A DNA stretch of 63,883 nt, counting the filler, from Globobulimina sp. (taxonomy: Eukaryota), in assembly GCA_003354225.1 (NCBI GenBank). It is 14 parts of 14 records of this genome, joined end to end, with 100 filler letters (N's around TTAATTAATTAA, not from the genome) between each part and the next. Parts side by side here need not be neighbours in the genome. Positions count along the whole stretch, not along the records: positions 32,020 to 36,490 come from PIVH01001210.1; positions 36,591 to 41,056 come from PIVH01001211.1; positions 41,157 to 45,622 come from PIVH01001212.1; positions 45,723 to 50,188 come from PIVH01001213.1; 10 more parts are not named here. One strand, given 5' to 3'. The translations under genes and the position numbers were made by a program. The notes under the pieces are model-generated. The model worked only from the letters and a program-made list of their open reading frames with translations. It had not been told where the DNA came from and searched no databases. Below are positions 34,695 through 46,364 of this stretch, one piece after another (positions within the stretch are counted from its first letter, which is position 1; each line of letters begins with the position of its first letter).

Positions 34695-35846
34695 TTATAC
34701 TTTTGGAGTTATATAGTAAGGAAATCGATTGATTCCACACTGACCTTCCTTTCCATTTTTATTGCAATCTTTACAAATTTGAATATATCCATTCATGCCC
34801 CACTTTGCACCCCAACTGTTCTTAACATTCCAATATTGCAAGCCATTGGACACACCATAACCAGTGATTGTAACACCATGATCGCATCCATCACCACAAT
34901 TACCTGTAAATACACCAGAACTATACGAAAACCAGGCTGCTTCCACACACACTGCTTGACATGACTCACTTACTGCTAAAGCTAACGCACTCTCATCATT
35001 TGGAGTTACTTCCGTGTAACTTACAATTGGATCATATTTTGCGCCACAGTTCAGTTGTGATGAATAATTGCCATCCGCACAAATACCAAGCCGTGCTGTA
35101 TATGGATATGCTTTCTCTGTACAGAGACCACCAATTATTTTCACATAATCCCATGCATTGTACCACCATCCACCTCCACAACCATTATTACCGTACCACA
35201 TGGTGCAATCCACCAATTGCTGCTCACTCAATGACACCAATTTGCCCGTTTTAATCGCTGTATCGCATTCCTGCGCCCCGGTGGCTGCAAAAGCCCAGCA
35301 AGAACCTGTATATGTATATGTGTATAATTTTAATTATAATTTGATATTTATGGATTGCAGTATTTGGACGTAACCACATTGTCCTTGGTCTTTAACAGGG
35401 GTAACATCTCCAGCTGCTGTCCAATCGACAGATGTTGGGAGTTCGAGTTGGGAGCCATTCAATTGATGCATATGTCCATGACGAGTATGCATATGATGAC
35501 GTTTTGGTGATGCAGGTGGTTCTGTGCATGTTGCAAACATTTGTTTAAGTTCCGTTAATGTTTTATCACCAAATTGATTCATTCTATATTTATAGCTAAG
35601 ATTCGCATCATTCACCTTTAATATTTCATCCATTTTGGATAACCATACATTGTGTCGATACTCTTCTTCTTCAAATGAATGATATACTCGCTTATGATAA
35701 ACCTTCCAATCTTCAAATGTTTCTGTTGTATTTAATTTATCCCATTCGGATGACACGAATTCTTTATTCCATGATATGTTTGGATAATCCCATGGTGTCT
35801 GCGAAACAACTCCCGATAGGGACAGCGTTAAAATTATTGATAACAT
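34695..35846 (-). CDS. Papain-family (cathepsin L-like) cysteine protease; exons 35846-35375 and 35305-34695
   Basis: Signal peptide, I29 propeptide (MNQFGD), VTPVKDQGQCG|SCWAF across a 69-nt intron, LSEQQLVDC, catalytic His (CDHGV), YWNVKNSWG. Confidence 0.95.
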
Positions 35847-36065
35847 CAAATTGTAATTGTTTTTCAAACTTTTTTTTCTCAGCTTGAAATTCATCAAATA
35901 ACACAAATGTTTTTGGACCACAGCAACTATTTAACTATTTAACACAAACAATAGCTATAGGCATTTTTACGATAAAGCAAAAATGCCTGTTGACACAGTT
36001 AAATGCAATCTAACAAAAACCACTTAATAGTAAGAAGTTTTTTGTATCATATTCACTCTGCTATC

Positions 36066-36490
36066 ATGACACAACAACAAGACTATCAGGTTTGACTACC
36101 TACGAAACAATTCACCTTTCCACATATCAAACCAACCATTGACAAAAACCCAGGACACAGGCGATTACGGATACGAATACGACGACGAAGACTATGAAGG
36201 CTGGTTATGGGACGAAACCACTCAACAATGGATCGAAGATCCAAATTGGGTCGACCCAAATCAACAACCATACACTTCACAATCACACACCGACAACACT
36301 CAAAACAACGGCAAACACACATACAATCAACCAAACACAAACGCAAACGCCACCACTCAACCCCGTCCATCTCCGTCCAACACACAAACACAAAATCAAC
36401 CACAACCCACCACCAACACCAACGCAACCACCAATACCCAGCAACCGCCCAAATCATCGCGCTCCAAAATGCGTCCACAAGACATCAAAC
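36066..36490 (+). CDS. Hypothetical protein N-terminus (acidic/aromatic, then Q/T/N/P-rich), 3'-partial; intron 36090-36153
   Basis: MTQQQDYQ|DTGDYGYEY spliced in frame; divergent from the protease. Confidence 0.6.
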
Positions 36491-36648
36491 NNNNNNNNNN
36501 NNNNNNNNNNNNNNNNNNNNNNNNNNNNNNNNNNTTAATTAATTAANNNNNNNNNNNNNNNNNNNNNNNNNNNNNNNNNNNNNNNNNNNNTTTCTATTTC
36601 ACTTTTTTAAAGTTTGTTATTCATCTATTTGATTAATTTGAATAACGG

Positions 36649-36680
36649 GGTATTCGATCAAAAACTAAAAAAAGAAGATC
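36649..36680 (+). repeat. 32-bp exact direct repeat, copy 1 (copy 2 at 39166-39197)
   Basis: GGTATTCGATCAAAAACTAAAAAAAGAAGATC occurs twice, with degenerate similarity extending ~25 bp upstream. Confidence 0.9.
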
Positions 36681-36829
36681 AATTTTCGTTCAGCCTGTAA
36701 TAAATCGATCATACTTAAACTATCCACTGCTTTGAAGGACTTCATTCCGCGACGACTCGCAATTCAGATGCAGAGCAATGACAAAGTAGAGGTTTTTTTT
36801 CAAGTAAAACTTTTACAGTACATTATAAT

Positions 36830-38952
36830 ATGAGCAGAATGGCATTACAACCGTTGACAGCAAACGAAGCCAATAAAACAAACCGAAAGCGGAGAACTCG
36901 AAATATGACAAAAAATCAAAATAAAAAGAAATCCGCCATTCATATTATCACTAAAAATAACAATGATACCTTTGGCACATTTGATATTGATTCGATCCAT
37001 GAACCACCGAAACAAAAAAAGAAAAATGAACCAAGCATCAATTTTACATCCAACGCCAATAAAAGATCACAGTCAGATATATAAACGGGGCAAATTAAAA
37101 AATATCAGAAAAGAAAGACAAATACCCATTGAACGCGACGATACTTTCAATAAATTGTCAGAAACAAATAAGTCATTAACAAAACAAATAATAAAATATA
37201 AGGAAACCTGCAAAATATATCAAGGAAAAGTTAAAACATTAAAACATGAAAATGCAACATTTAAAAAAGTATTAATTCGGTTACATGAAAGAGATAAAAA
37301 CTTTCGTAAACAAAGAAGAAATGATAAGGATAAAATATGTAAAATGGAACTGAGAATCGAAGATATTGGGAATGAGTCAAATAAACATTTGAAACCAGAC
37401 AAAAATAATACGAATAATGATGAAATAAATAATTTAAATCAAACAATCACTGATATCGAATATGAGCGTAATCGATGGGAAATAAAATATAATCAATTAT
37501 TAGAAAAATCAAATAAGGTATTTCTAAAAAATAAAGTCATCCTTTTATGCTCTCTCACGATTTATTTATTTGTCATTGTGTTCAAATTGAACTGTTTTAA
37601 TTTTTAAATTTAAATAATTTTCATAATTAAACTGATTCGCTTTAATTTGGTTGTTTATGCTTTTAATTAAAAGTGCGATGAGAATGATAATCGAATACAA
37701 CAATTAAAAAAAGAGTTTGCTCGAAATAAATCATTGTATGAATTGGATAAAAAAGCATTGGAAAACGATAAGAAAAGTTTGCGAGCGGAACACAGAAATT
37801 TGATACAAGAAAATAAAACAAATAATGCAAAAATAAACAAATATAAAGCACAAATAAAAAATATATGCAATCAATTAAAAAGTACACAAAATGAAATTGA
37901 AAATTATAAGAAAAATATAAATGAAAATCAACTGGAATATAATAAAAAATATGAAAATATTGAAAATGAAATGAAAATAAAAGAAGTTAAAATGGAAGAA
38001 ATGAAGAATGATATTACTATTTTTCAACGAGACCGTAAAAATTGCACTGAATTCCATGTGGTATGTTTATTGTTTTTGTGTTGAATATGTTTTTTGTTTC
38101 TATTTGTCACAGAATCGGAGAGATATTGATTTGTTACGAAATGATATAAATTCAATGCGGAGAAAATACGAAGATACAATCTCAAATTTAAAAGAATCAC
38201 AACGAAAAACAAGCAAATTAAAAAAAGAAATGACAAATTTGCGATCCATAAATGAAAAATTAGAAACTAAACAGAATGAAATAAAAAATGAAAATAACGA
38301 GAAAAGCAAGCAATGCATTGAATTAAATGTAGAAATAAATAGTTTATCATTAAAAATAAAAAGCGTAAACGAGAAATACGACGATTTAAAACAGGAAATG
38401 AGAGATTGTGAAAGCATTCGATTATCGTTTGAATCGGAGAGAAATTCATTAATTTGCGAAATCAAAAGGTATTCGATGGAAATGGAAGGATTACAAATAA
38501 GAATGCAAAGTTTATGGCGGCGGTTTGAATCTGAAAGGGGCAAAGCAAAAATGTGGAAATTAAAATTAAAATCATTGGCAAAGCAGCAAAGTCATAGAAT
38601 AGCAAATATAAATGAATGGTTATTGCAATGTCGCGAAAACGAATTTGAATTGGACGATTTTGATGGAATTGATGGAATTGATGGAATGTCGGGAATTGGC
38701 ACAAAAGATAGCAATCCAAGCGAGAAAGAGGAGGAATCGGAGAGTGATTATGAAGAAGATCAAGATGTGGATATTAACGATGATGATATTGACAATCAGA
38801 TAAATACAATATTTTTATCACCAATACAATCGGAGAGAAATATGAATATCGAATCTGATGTTACTACTCCGACATCATCACAATTTGGACATTATTCTCT
38901 TGCAACGCCATCTTCATTGCGTTTGGGCAGTGATGCCGAGGAAGATAAATAA
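36830..38952 (+). CDS. Long coiled-coil protein with N-terminal D-box-like RMALQPLTAN; frameshift at ~37014-37020; introns 37518-37673 and 38061-38112
   Basis: K/E/N-rich heptads; introns join ORFs in frame; the first two ORFs overlap at an A7 run. Confidence 0.65.
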
Positions 38953-39512
38953 TTATTGTTTCTGTCATTTGCACTGTTTTGTATATTATTAATTTTATTC
39001 AACTTTTTGAGAAAGTATTGGTCACCAAAGCCAACTCAGCATATACGTGCATATAACCATTCACTTAAAAATATGAACACACTTTTTACTCTTTTCCCTT
39101 ATTTGATATAGTGAGTACCACACTGACTTATTTAGTTTGAAACATTTATTAGTTTGTATGACGAAGGTATTCGATCAAAAACTAAAAAAAGAAGATCCAT
39201 TGTTCAATTCGTGGAGAGAAGCTCTTGTAAAATGGAGGCTTTTATGTCATCCAAACGGATCATTGAGACCTATCGACATTATATGAGATTGCATCCATTG
39301 TAGGCACTCGAGATTTTTAGTCCATAAACGAGATAATTATGTTATAAAAACTGAAAATGTAATAAGACGTTAAAGGATTGTCGATAAATTGTTTGATTAT
39401 GATCAGTTTTTGGTTTTATTAGTTTATATTTAGATGAAATTGCTAATTATACATTTATCCAATCGCTGAAATTCTCATTTTTTATATATTCTGCAAAGTA
39501 TTTAATTGGTGA

Positions 39513-41021
39513 ATGGCTGCTTTAGTGAATGCAATAAAATTTAGGCATTTGTTTGACCAATTAACAGAGGAAGAATGTGACCAATTTATGTCAAAATTAT
39601 CAAAATCACAGAATTTTTTATGGCACACAATTATCAAAATTATCAGAGGAATTTTTGGCACACAATCTATCGCATCGTTGTTGTTTAATTCATGGTCTTC
39701 AAAACTCCAAACTATGATATCTGATAAGCAAATGATTGATATTGTTGACATAATATCAGATATTATTGAGTCAAGAGATAATCCGCAAACAAATGACGAT
39801 ATTAATATTGTTACAACAATCCATTATTTAATTGGTGAAATTGCCTCATATTTAAATGCCAACAATCACTCAAAATTTGCACGAAGTAACAGAGCAATAT
39901 ATATTGGATGCAATTCACCAAATTCTTTGCAAGAAATGGATTTAATTGACGCTCATTATGATAATAAAAAGGATTATAATTATTCGTTGGTGGATTTGAG
40001 TAAATATTCATCCCTTAAAACGTTACAGATTAAACTGAAAGATTTTGATAAATTCCGTTTGCCGAAAGATGGCAAATTAATTTTGAATAATTTAACAAAT
40101 ATACGCTTAGCAAGTAATTTATATCCCCGCGGTCCAGTTAATATTACACCATTTATGACACAAAAATGTATTAACTTTGATAAAATTGAAACATTATCCT
40201 TACATTCAATGAACAGCGATAATTTTTGGAATTTATTGCGTAAATTTAAAAATATAAAGCATTTACGATTAGACGACATATATATTAATCAATACATTCC
40301 TGACAATGAAATAAAAATATTATTTCCAAATTTAAAGCAACTTTCATGCAGTGATTTAGCCACAGAATTGACAAATAAATTTGTGCATTTTTATGGACAT
40401 AATTTGAAACATTTAGGTTTAAAATACTCGGATTTATTTTTAGATGACGTTGACTTTAAGAATTTGAATGAATTAACTCTGGACAATGCAACAGAACAAA
40501 CCATGTCTAATATTTTAAAATCTGCAAAAATGTTAAAAAAATGTAAAATGGACTTTTATAATCATGAAGACAATGGAATTGGTATCAAAAATATAATTAG
40601 CAATTTAATCTCAAATTCAATAGTTTTGGAATGTATTCAATTTGATACAAAGTATAATGATTTGGTGAATGTAATGAATGGAATGGAAGCGGGATTGTTA
40701 AGGACAAAAAAGATTAAACGAAAATATTTAAAGATAGGAATCACAACAAGGCCAAAAACAGCTGACATTTATGATATTGTATTATTTATTTCAAGAATTA
40801 AGGATATATTGGATTTATCACAAATCGATGATTATATGTTATTTTTTAAATTAGAAGGATCATATATCGATATCGAAGAAGTGAATCAAGCAATTAATGA
40901 GTTTCAATGTTTTGCGATAAAATGTTATGAGAAAGTTGGAGAATTTGCAGGAGCAAAGTTTAAAATGATTTGTATTGTTGCAATGAACAAAGGTTGTAAA
41001 ATAAATGAAGGACATTTATAA
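39513..41021 (+). CDS. F-box-like/leucine-rich-repeat-like protein
   Basis: LIGEIASYL...FARSNRAIY followed by degenerate LxxLxL repeats (LKTLQI, IETLSL, IKHLRL, LKQLS, LKHLGL, LNELTL). Confidence 0.6.
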   Translation: MAALVNAIKFRHLFDQLTEEECDQFMSKLSKSQNFLWHTIIKIIRGIFGTQSIASLLFNSWSSKLQTMISDKQMIDIVDIISDIIESRDNPQTNDDINIVTTIHYLIGEIASYLNANNHSKFARSNRAIYIGCNSPNSLQEMDLIDAHYDNKKDYNYSLVDLSKYSSLKTLQIKLKDFDKFRLPKDGKLILNNLTNIRLASNLYPRGPVNITPFMTQKCINFDKIETLSLHSMNSDNFWNLLRKFKNIKHLRLDDIYINQYIPDNEIKILFPNLKQLSCSDLATELTNKFVHFYGHNLKHLGLKYSDLFLDDVDFKNLNELTLDNATEQTMSNILKSAKMLKKCKMDFYNHEDNGIGIKNIISNLISNSIVLECIQFDTKYNDLVNVMNGMEAGLLRTKKIKRKYLKIGITTRPKTADIYDIVLFISRIKDILDLSQIDDYMLFFKLEGSYIDIEEVNQAINEFQCFAIKCYEKVGEFAGAKFKMICIVAMNKGCKINEGHL

Positions 41022-41156
41022 AACTCATTTCATAGTTTTTAATGACTTTCTATTTCNNNNNNNNNNNNNNNNNNNNNNNNNNNNNNNNNNNNNNNNNNNN
41101 TTAATTAATTAANNNNNNNNNNNNNNNNNNNNNNNNNNNNNNNNNNNNNNNNNNNN

Positions 41157-41275
41157 GGAAAAGCATTTGTTGCCAAACAAGCTGAAGATCTCAAAAATCT
41201 GTTGGATGATATTCCAATTCCTTCAACAAGTATATTGAAGTAAATGTGTTTGTGTTGCATTTCATAATTTGTTGA
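41157..41275 (+). repeat. 119-bp exact terminal direct repeat of contig 41157-45622 (other copy 45504-45622)
   Basis: The first and last 119 nt of the contig are identical, implying a 4347-bp circular or tandem unit. Confidence 0.95.
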
Positions 41276-41431
41276 ATATTACAAACTTTAAACTATGATT
41301 CTTAATTTGTGAATATCTTTCATTTAATATCACATACACACTCAACTCAAACATATTAATCACAACCAAATTAAAAAAAAATAAAACAACACTAATTATA
41401 ACAATATCATATATATATACATCATACAAAA

Positions 41432-42117
41432 TTAACAGTCAATGGGTTGGCCAGATGGTAAAGCTTTCAATTGCATAGTTTGTATTTTTTCAATCTCATT
41501 TGTTCTGTCATATAAACTGGAATTAAAATCAACAAACGATGCATTAAATGAACACTGTGAGTCTTCAGACCTATTGCAAACGTCTGGTATTTTATTTGTT
41601 AAATGTCCCTCTTTCAAGAAATTCCTAAATTTATTGCTTGATTTAAATCTTAAAAATGAATCCGAAGCAATGGTGACATATATTTCATGAAATGACGCAT
41701 CGAATAGGAATATTTTGGATAATGGAGAAAGTGCAGAAAATATTTTATTTTGAAATAAGTTTTTTAAATTTAATCTATTTTCATGTGATATATTGATGCA
41801 ATATGGCGAATAATCGGCGATAAATTTATCAAAAATATGTCTGGCCGCTTCTTTAATATTGACATTATTAAAAGATGTAGGGATTGGAATGAAATCTTGT
41901 GTTAACGGAGTAACAATTTCTGAAATATCACATCCTAAATCAAAATCGATTGAATCTCGCACAATATCAATATTTATCCGATTTGAAAATTTCAATGAAT
42001 TTCTTTCTGATCGCTCTGGCAATGAAATGATACTTTTTCTATCTGTATTTTCACATATTTTCTCATTATGGCCGCTAAATATCGATTGTAATATGGATAG
42101 TGAAGGAAAATGATAAT
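41432..42117 (-). pseudogene. C-terminal RGS-domain fragment (no start codon or 5' part)
   Basis: AARHIFDKFIADYSPYCINISHENR...LFDASFHEIYVTIASDSFLRFKSS is a clear RGS C-half; the frame begins after a stop at ~42118 with no Met. Confidence 0.65.
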
Positions 42118-42135
42118 GTCACACAAAAAAACATA

Positions 42136-44454
42136 ATGTCACACACAAGGAAAATCAGTTTGGCACATTTTTATGATCCTACAATTCCACAAATATGTTT
42201 CACGATTCATGTACAATTTACTGTTTTGGAATTGAGGCAATATCTTATTACAACCTACAATTTACCAACAACGGTACAACAGATTGAACTGTGGATTTCA
42301 CCAAATTCCGACAAGTCTACAGTTCCACAGCATGATAATCATAAACTATTATTCAAACTGTTCAAACGTGTTCCAACTCATTACAATTACCATTGGATAT
42401 ATTGGTTTAATAAGACAGATTTTCTCAATAAATTTCAAAAATGGGTGTTTTGGAGCAATGTTAAACACTTTGCAAAATGTTATAAATATAATGTATCGAA
42501 TCCAGTTGCAATCTCATTCAAAGATTTAGTACGATGCCATCGAACCGTCGCTTACCAAACACCATACATAATACCCGCAACCAATGGAGTATTTGATAGC
42601 AAATACACTCTCAACCAGATGTATCAAAAAATGATTGAATTCAACCAAACTGAAACTATGCATTGCAACATATATGGCAATAAATTTAAATATTCGAAGG
42701 ATGTCAACAATATTTATTTTCATTTCGCATTCAACGATAAGCATATTGTGGTCGAAGATAATTATCATAGATCGCTACATGCAATAATCACTGATGAGGC
42801 TGCAGAGGAAAAGAAAATATATAATGATAGCAACAACAACGATATTTATAATGTCGTAAATGTTGAAATCTATTGGTTGGATGCATCTGTAGTTAGAAAC
42901 ACCTTCTATGCTACTTCCAAACTGCAGTTTGCTGCCATTCATAAGCATTTACTGTATGATCTTAAAAGAAAATATGTTTATATGTCCATATTATTACCAT
43001 GCAATGCTTCAATTCGTCGTAGTGAATATGGAGCACTCTTCGAATTATCGGATGTATTGACCATCAAAATAATTAAACAATGCATTGATAAATCATGTGA
43101 ATGGTCTGTGGGGAATAGAATATATTATATTGTTCAGTGCTGTCATGATGTGACGATTGATGTGATTCTCCTTTCTGATGTTAATGACAATGATTTAATA
43201 TCAAAATATATTATTAAAACAGATGTTGGCTATAAAGTGTCCATTCGATGTATGAACAGCAATCGATTATTTTATTACGATCAATTGGAAGAAGATTTTG
43301 ATGCAATATATGCAAATATAGATAAAACTGAGTTGGGCAACAAAATATATTTCAAAGTTGAAGTGAATAATATTAAAACAAAACATGTATGTTCAAAATA
43401 AATAATATCTGTTGCAATTAATATAAAGTATATGCGATTTTGTTGACAGACTTATTGCTGTGGCACAGGTCTAAATATCTGGAGAGGCAGATTTGTAATG
43501 ATTGATAATATGACAGTGGCTGATATTAAACAGCATATTGTTTGTAGTATTTATGTCACACAGCAAGAGAGAGATGAATTGAATTTAGGAACATCAGTGA
43601 TATTTTGTGAGGGGAAATTGTTGAAAGATGATGATTTGATATGCAATATTAAAAAAGTAGGAAATGATCAATATTGGTCTTTGGATGTTTTATTCATTTT
43701 GAAAGGATTTTATTCAAAAGTTATTGTGCCACAATCATATTTAGCATGCATTAGATACTCACAATATGTGTTGACATCAATTATATGTTTATTGTATAAC
43801 AATGCATTGCTTTCATGGCCTGGAGATTTATCCGTTGTAATATCTTTTTATTTGTATGGTGATAAAGCATGGCCAATAACAAATGTGTTGAAAGAGAAAT
43901 GTACGCTTCCTGTCGGTGTGGAGGACAATGTTGAGAGTGACAGAAGTCACAGAACAATTGAAATATATCCATATGAAACTGTATCTGATTTAAAAAATAA
44001 AATGGTTGCTGCTTTGAAGGAAAACCGTTATTATGCTTATAATTTTGCGTATGATAACTCAAATTGTATCCGATTGTGTAAAAATAATGAAAAACTAAAT
44101 GCAAAAACTGTTTATGAAGCTGGACTGTTTAATGATAATATTGAATGTTATTTTAGTGAGAAAAGGAGAGTTAATCCTTTATGTGTTGATGATGAACATT
44201 TGGTATATTTGTCAAAAACGTATTCAATAAGATATAAAAATGTGGCTTACAAATCGTATTTTATCGGAATTGATTGTTTTATAAATGATACAATTGATAA
44301 TGTAAAAAGAATTCGAAAAATATCTCATGCAACTAGAATAGATGTGGATAAAATACGATTTCGTGATGCTGACAACATTGAAGCACCTCATATCACAACA
44401 GATGAACAGATGCAATATCACATTGAAAGAGGCTCCAAATTAGAGCAATATTGA
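42136..44454 (+). CDS. Protein with multiple degenerate ubiquitin-like domains; intron 43387-43449
   Basis: TVLELRQYL...QQIELW, MTVADIKQHI...IFCEGKLLKDD, ETVSDLKNKM, DTIDNVKR; 63-nt GT-AG intron in frame. Confidence 0.6.
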
Positions 44455-44618
44455 CAAATTAATTAAATGTCACATTTACTCATGTTTCTTTTTGAAAGTG
44501 TTTTCGTTGTGATACTACAGCTGCAGAATTTTCACGCAAAATCGCATTATAGTTGAAACTTTAAATTCCTTTAGTCTTCACGAATCACAACCAAACTCAG
44601 CAAAAAACAAAATACACA

Positions 44619-45590
44619 ATGAACACTGCTTTTAATTATTTCCTGCTGGTCTGCATCATGTTCATTATTAGCAAAGCTGCAGACATTTCTCTGTTTGTTA
44701 ATGACGGTCACACATCGCGTGCAATCGAGTTAGCAAACACCGCAACAGTAGAACATGTTAAACAAGACATTAGAAACTATCATGGTTACAGAGCGTCAAC
44801 AGGAGTAACATTAACATTCGCAGGACTACCATTGGATGATGATAGTGCACAGTTGTGTGATATCGGTGTTGCCCCACAAGCAACACTTCACTATACAGTC
44901 AGATTTGAATCAATTCCATTTGTATGGATTTCTGAACTTAAATGGCTCGTAGAAGATGATGAATACATAAGCGGTTTAAGTTCAGAAACCAATTTTCCAG
45001 GTTGTGAGGTCCAGTTCAAAGGCTCAGATCATCCAAGTTGTGAAATTAGCCTTGGGACAACAGATTTTTTTGGCGATTTGTACGAATGTGTTTTTACGAA
45101 ATGTAATATTCCATCTGTATACAAAGAAGATATCAGTGTAAACTTTCACAATTTGGATAATTACCACTATTTTGGCACTGGGATAGGTGCCGTTGGGTTC
45201 AAAGCTGCATTTCGAACCACGGACTTTGAAGATCAAGAAAGTCTCTTGAAAATTAATAAAACATTTTTTCCTGAATCAGAGTTATCAGACGGGTCTATGT
45301 TTATAGACCGGTCAAAATATCTGTTTGTGGATAATTCAAAGTATTCAGACGCGCTGATTCAAAATGAAACATTAGTAGGAAGTCGAGGAATATGCGATTT
45401 CGAAATTGATACATATTACAATGAAAACGCATTAATTGAGGCAACTATTGCTTTTTATCTTGATCTGCTTGAATTTGATTTGGATTTTTATTATGATGAA
45501 ATTGGAAAAGCATTTGTTGCCAAACAAGCTGAAGATCTCAAAAATCTGTTGGATGATATTCCAATTCCTTCAACAAGTATATTGAAGTAA
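44619..45590 (+). CDS. Signal peptide + ubiquitin-like domain + unknown C-terminal domain
   Basis: Hydrophobic leader to ~SKA, then ISLFV...ATVEHVKQDI...LTFAGLPLDD...LCDIGVAPQATLH (Ubl fold). Confidence 0.7.
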   Translation: MNTAFNYFLLVCIMFIISKAADISLFVNDGHTSRAIELANTATVEHVKQDIRNYHGYRASTGVTLTFAGLPLDDDSAQLCDIGVAPQATLHYTVRFESIPFVWISELKWLVEDDEYISGLSSETNFPGCEVQFKGSDHPSCEISLGTTDFFGDLYECVFTKCNIPSVYKEDISVNFHNLDNYHYFGTGIGAVGFKAAFRTTDFEDQESLLKINKTFFPESELSDGSMFIDRSKYLFVDNSKYSDALIQNETLVGSRGICDFEIDTYYNENALIEATIAFYLDLLEFDLDFYYDEIGKAFVAKQAEDLKNLLDDIPIPSTSILK

Positions 45591-45722
45591 ATGTGTTTGT
45601 GTTGCATTTCATAATTTGTTGANNNNNNNNNNNNNNNNNNNNNNNNNNNNNNNNNNNNNNNNNNNNTTAATTAATTAANNNNNNNNNNNNNNNNNNNNNN
45701 NNNNNNNNNNNNNNNNNNNNNN

Positions 45723-46148
45723 AATGCTTTTTGGATTAATTTATAACGCGCTTCTGCCTGTTTTCGGTGTTCTTGTGGTGCTTTATCTGGGTGCATTAGT
45801 AAGGATACTTTCCTATCTGTTTGTGTTTTTGTTTTAGTTTTGCATTCATAGTGCAAGGATTTGTGCGTTGTTTTAAACAATGTAAACTTAACAAGCTCGC
45901 TTGAGGTTATCTTGAGATATATTCATTTCATACTTTTTGATACCAAGTAATGCGTAGTAATCATCCAATGGACAATCCCAATCAACAGTGACTTGAATTG
46001 TTTTCTTTTTCTTTTTTTTCTTTTTTTTTTGTGTTTTCTTTTGATGTTTTTTTTTTTCTTGGGAGTCGTTATAAACAATACTTTTTAAATAATGAATTAA
46101 AAAACTTCTTCCTACACATTCTACATCAATTTGTATGGGCGGTTGCAT
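45723..46148 (-). CDS. DNAJC2: Zuotin/DNAJC2-like J-domain protein, 3'-partial; intron 45817-45892
   Basis: VECVGRSFL (zuotin N-terminal motif), DYYALLGI, KRAY|RKVSLLMHPDK, YKLIQKA. Confidence 0.7.
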
Positions 46149-46364
46149 GATTTTACTACGGAAATAATTTGATAATTCAAAGACTTGAAAACGGAGTAAG
46201 TAACAAATTTTTAGTTTATTAGAAACACTCGTAAGCACATCCATTGCTAATTCCAGCCCAGAATCAATCGTCAATTCGAAATAAATATTTTAAATCCACC
46301 CCATTTCTTAAACAGTTTACTCGTTTTCTTTTTTTTGGCTATTGTTTTTAATAGAAATTAAGAG

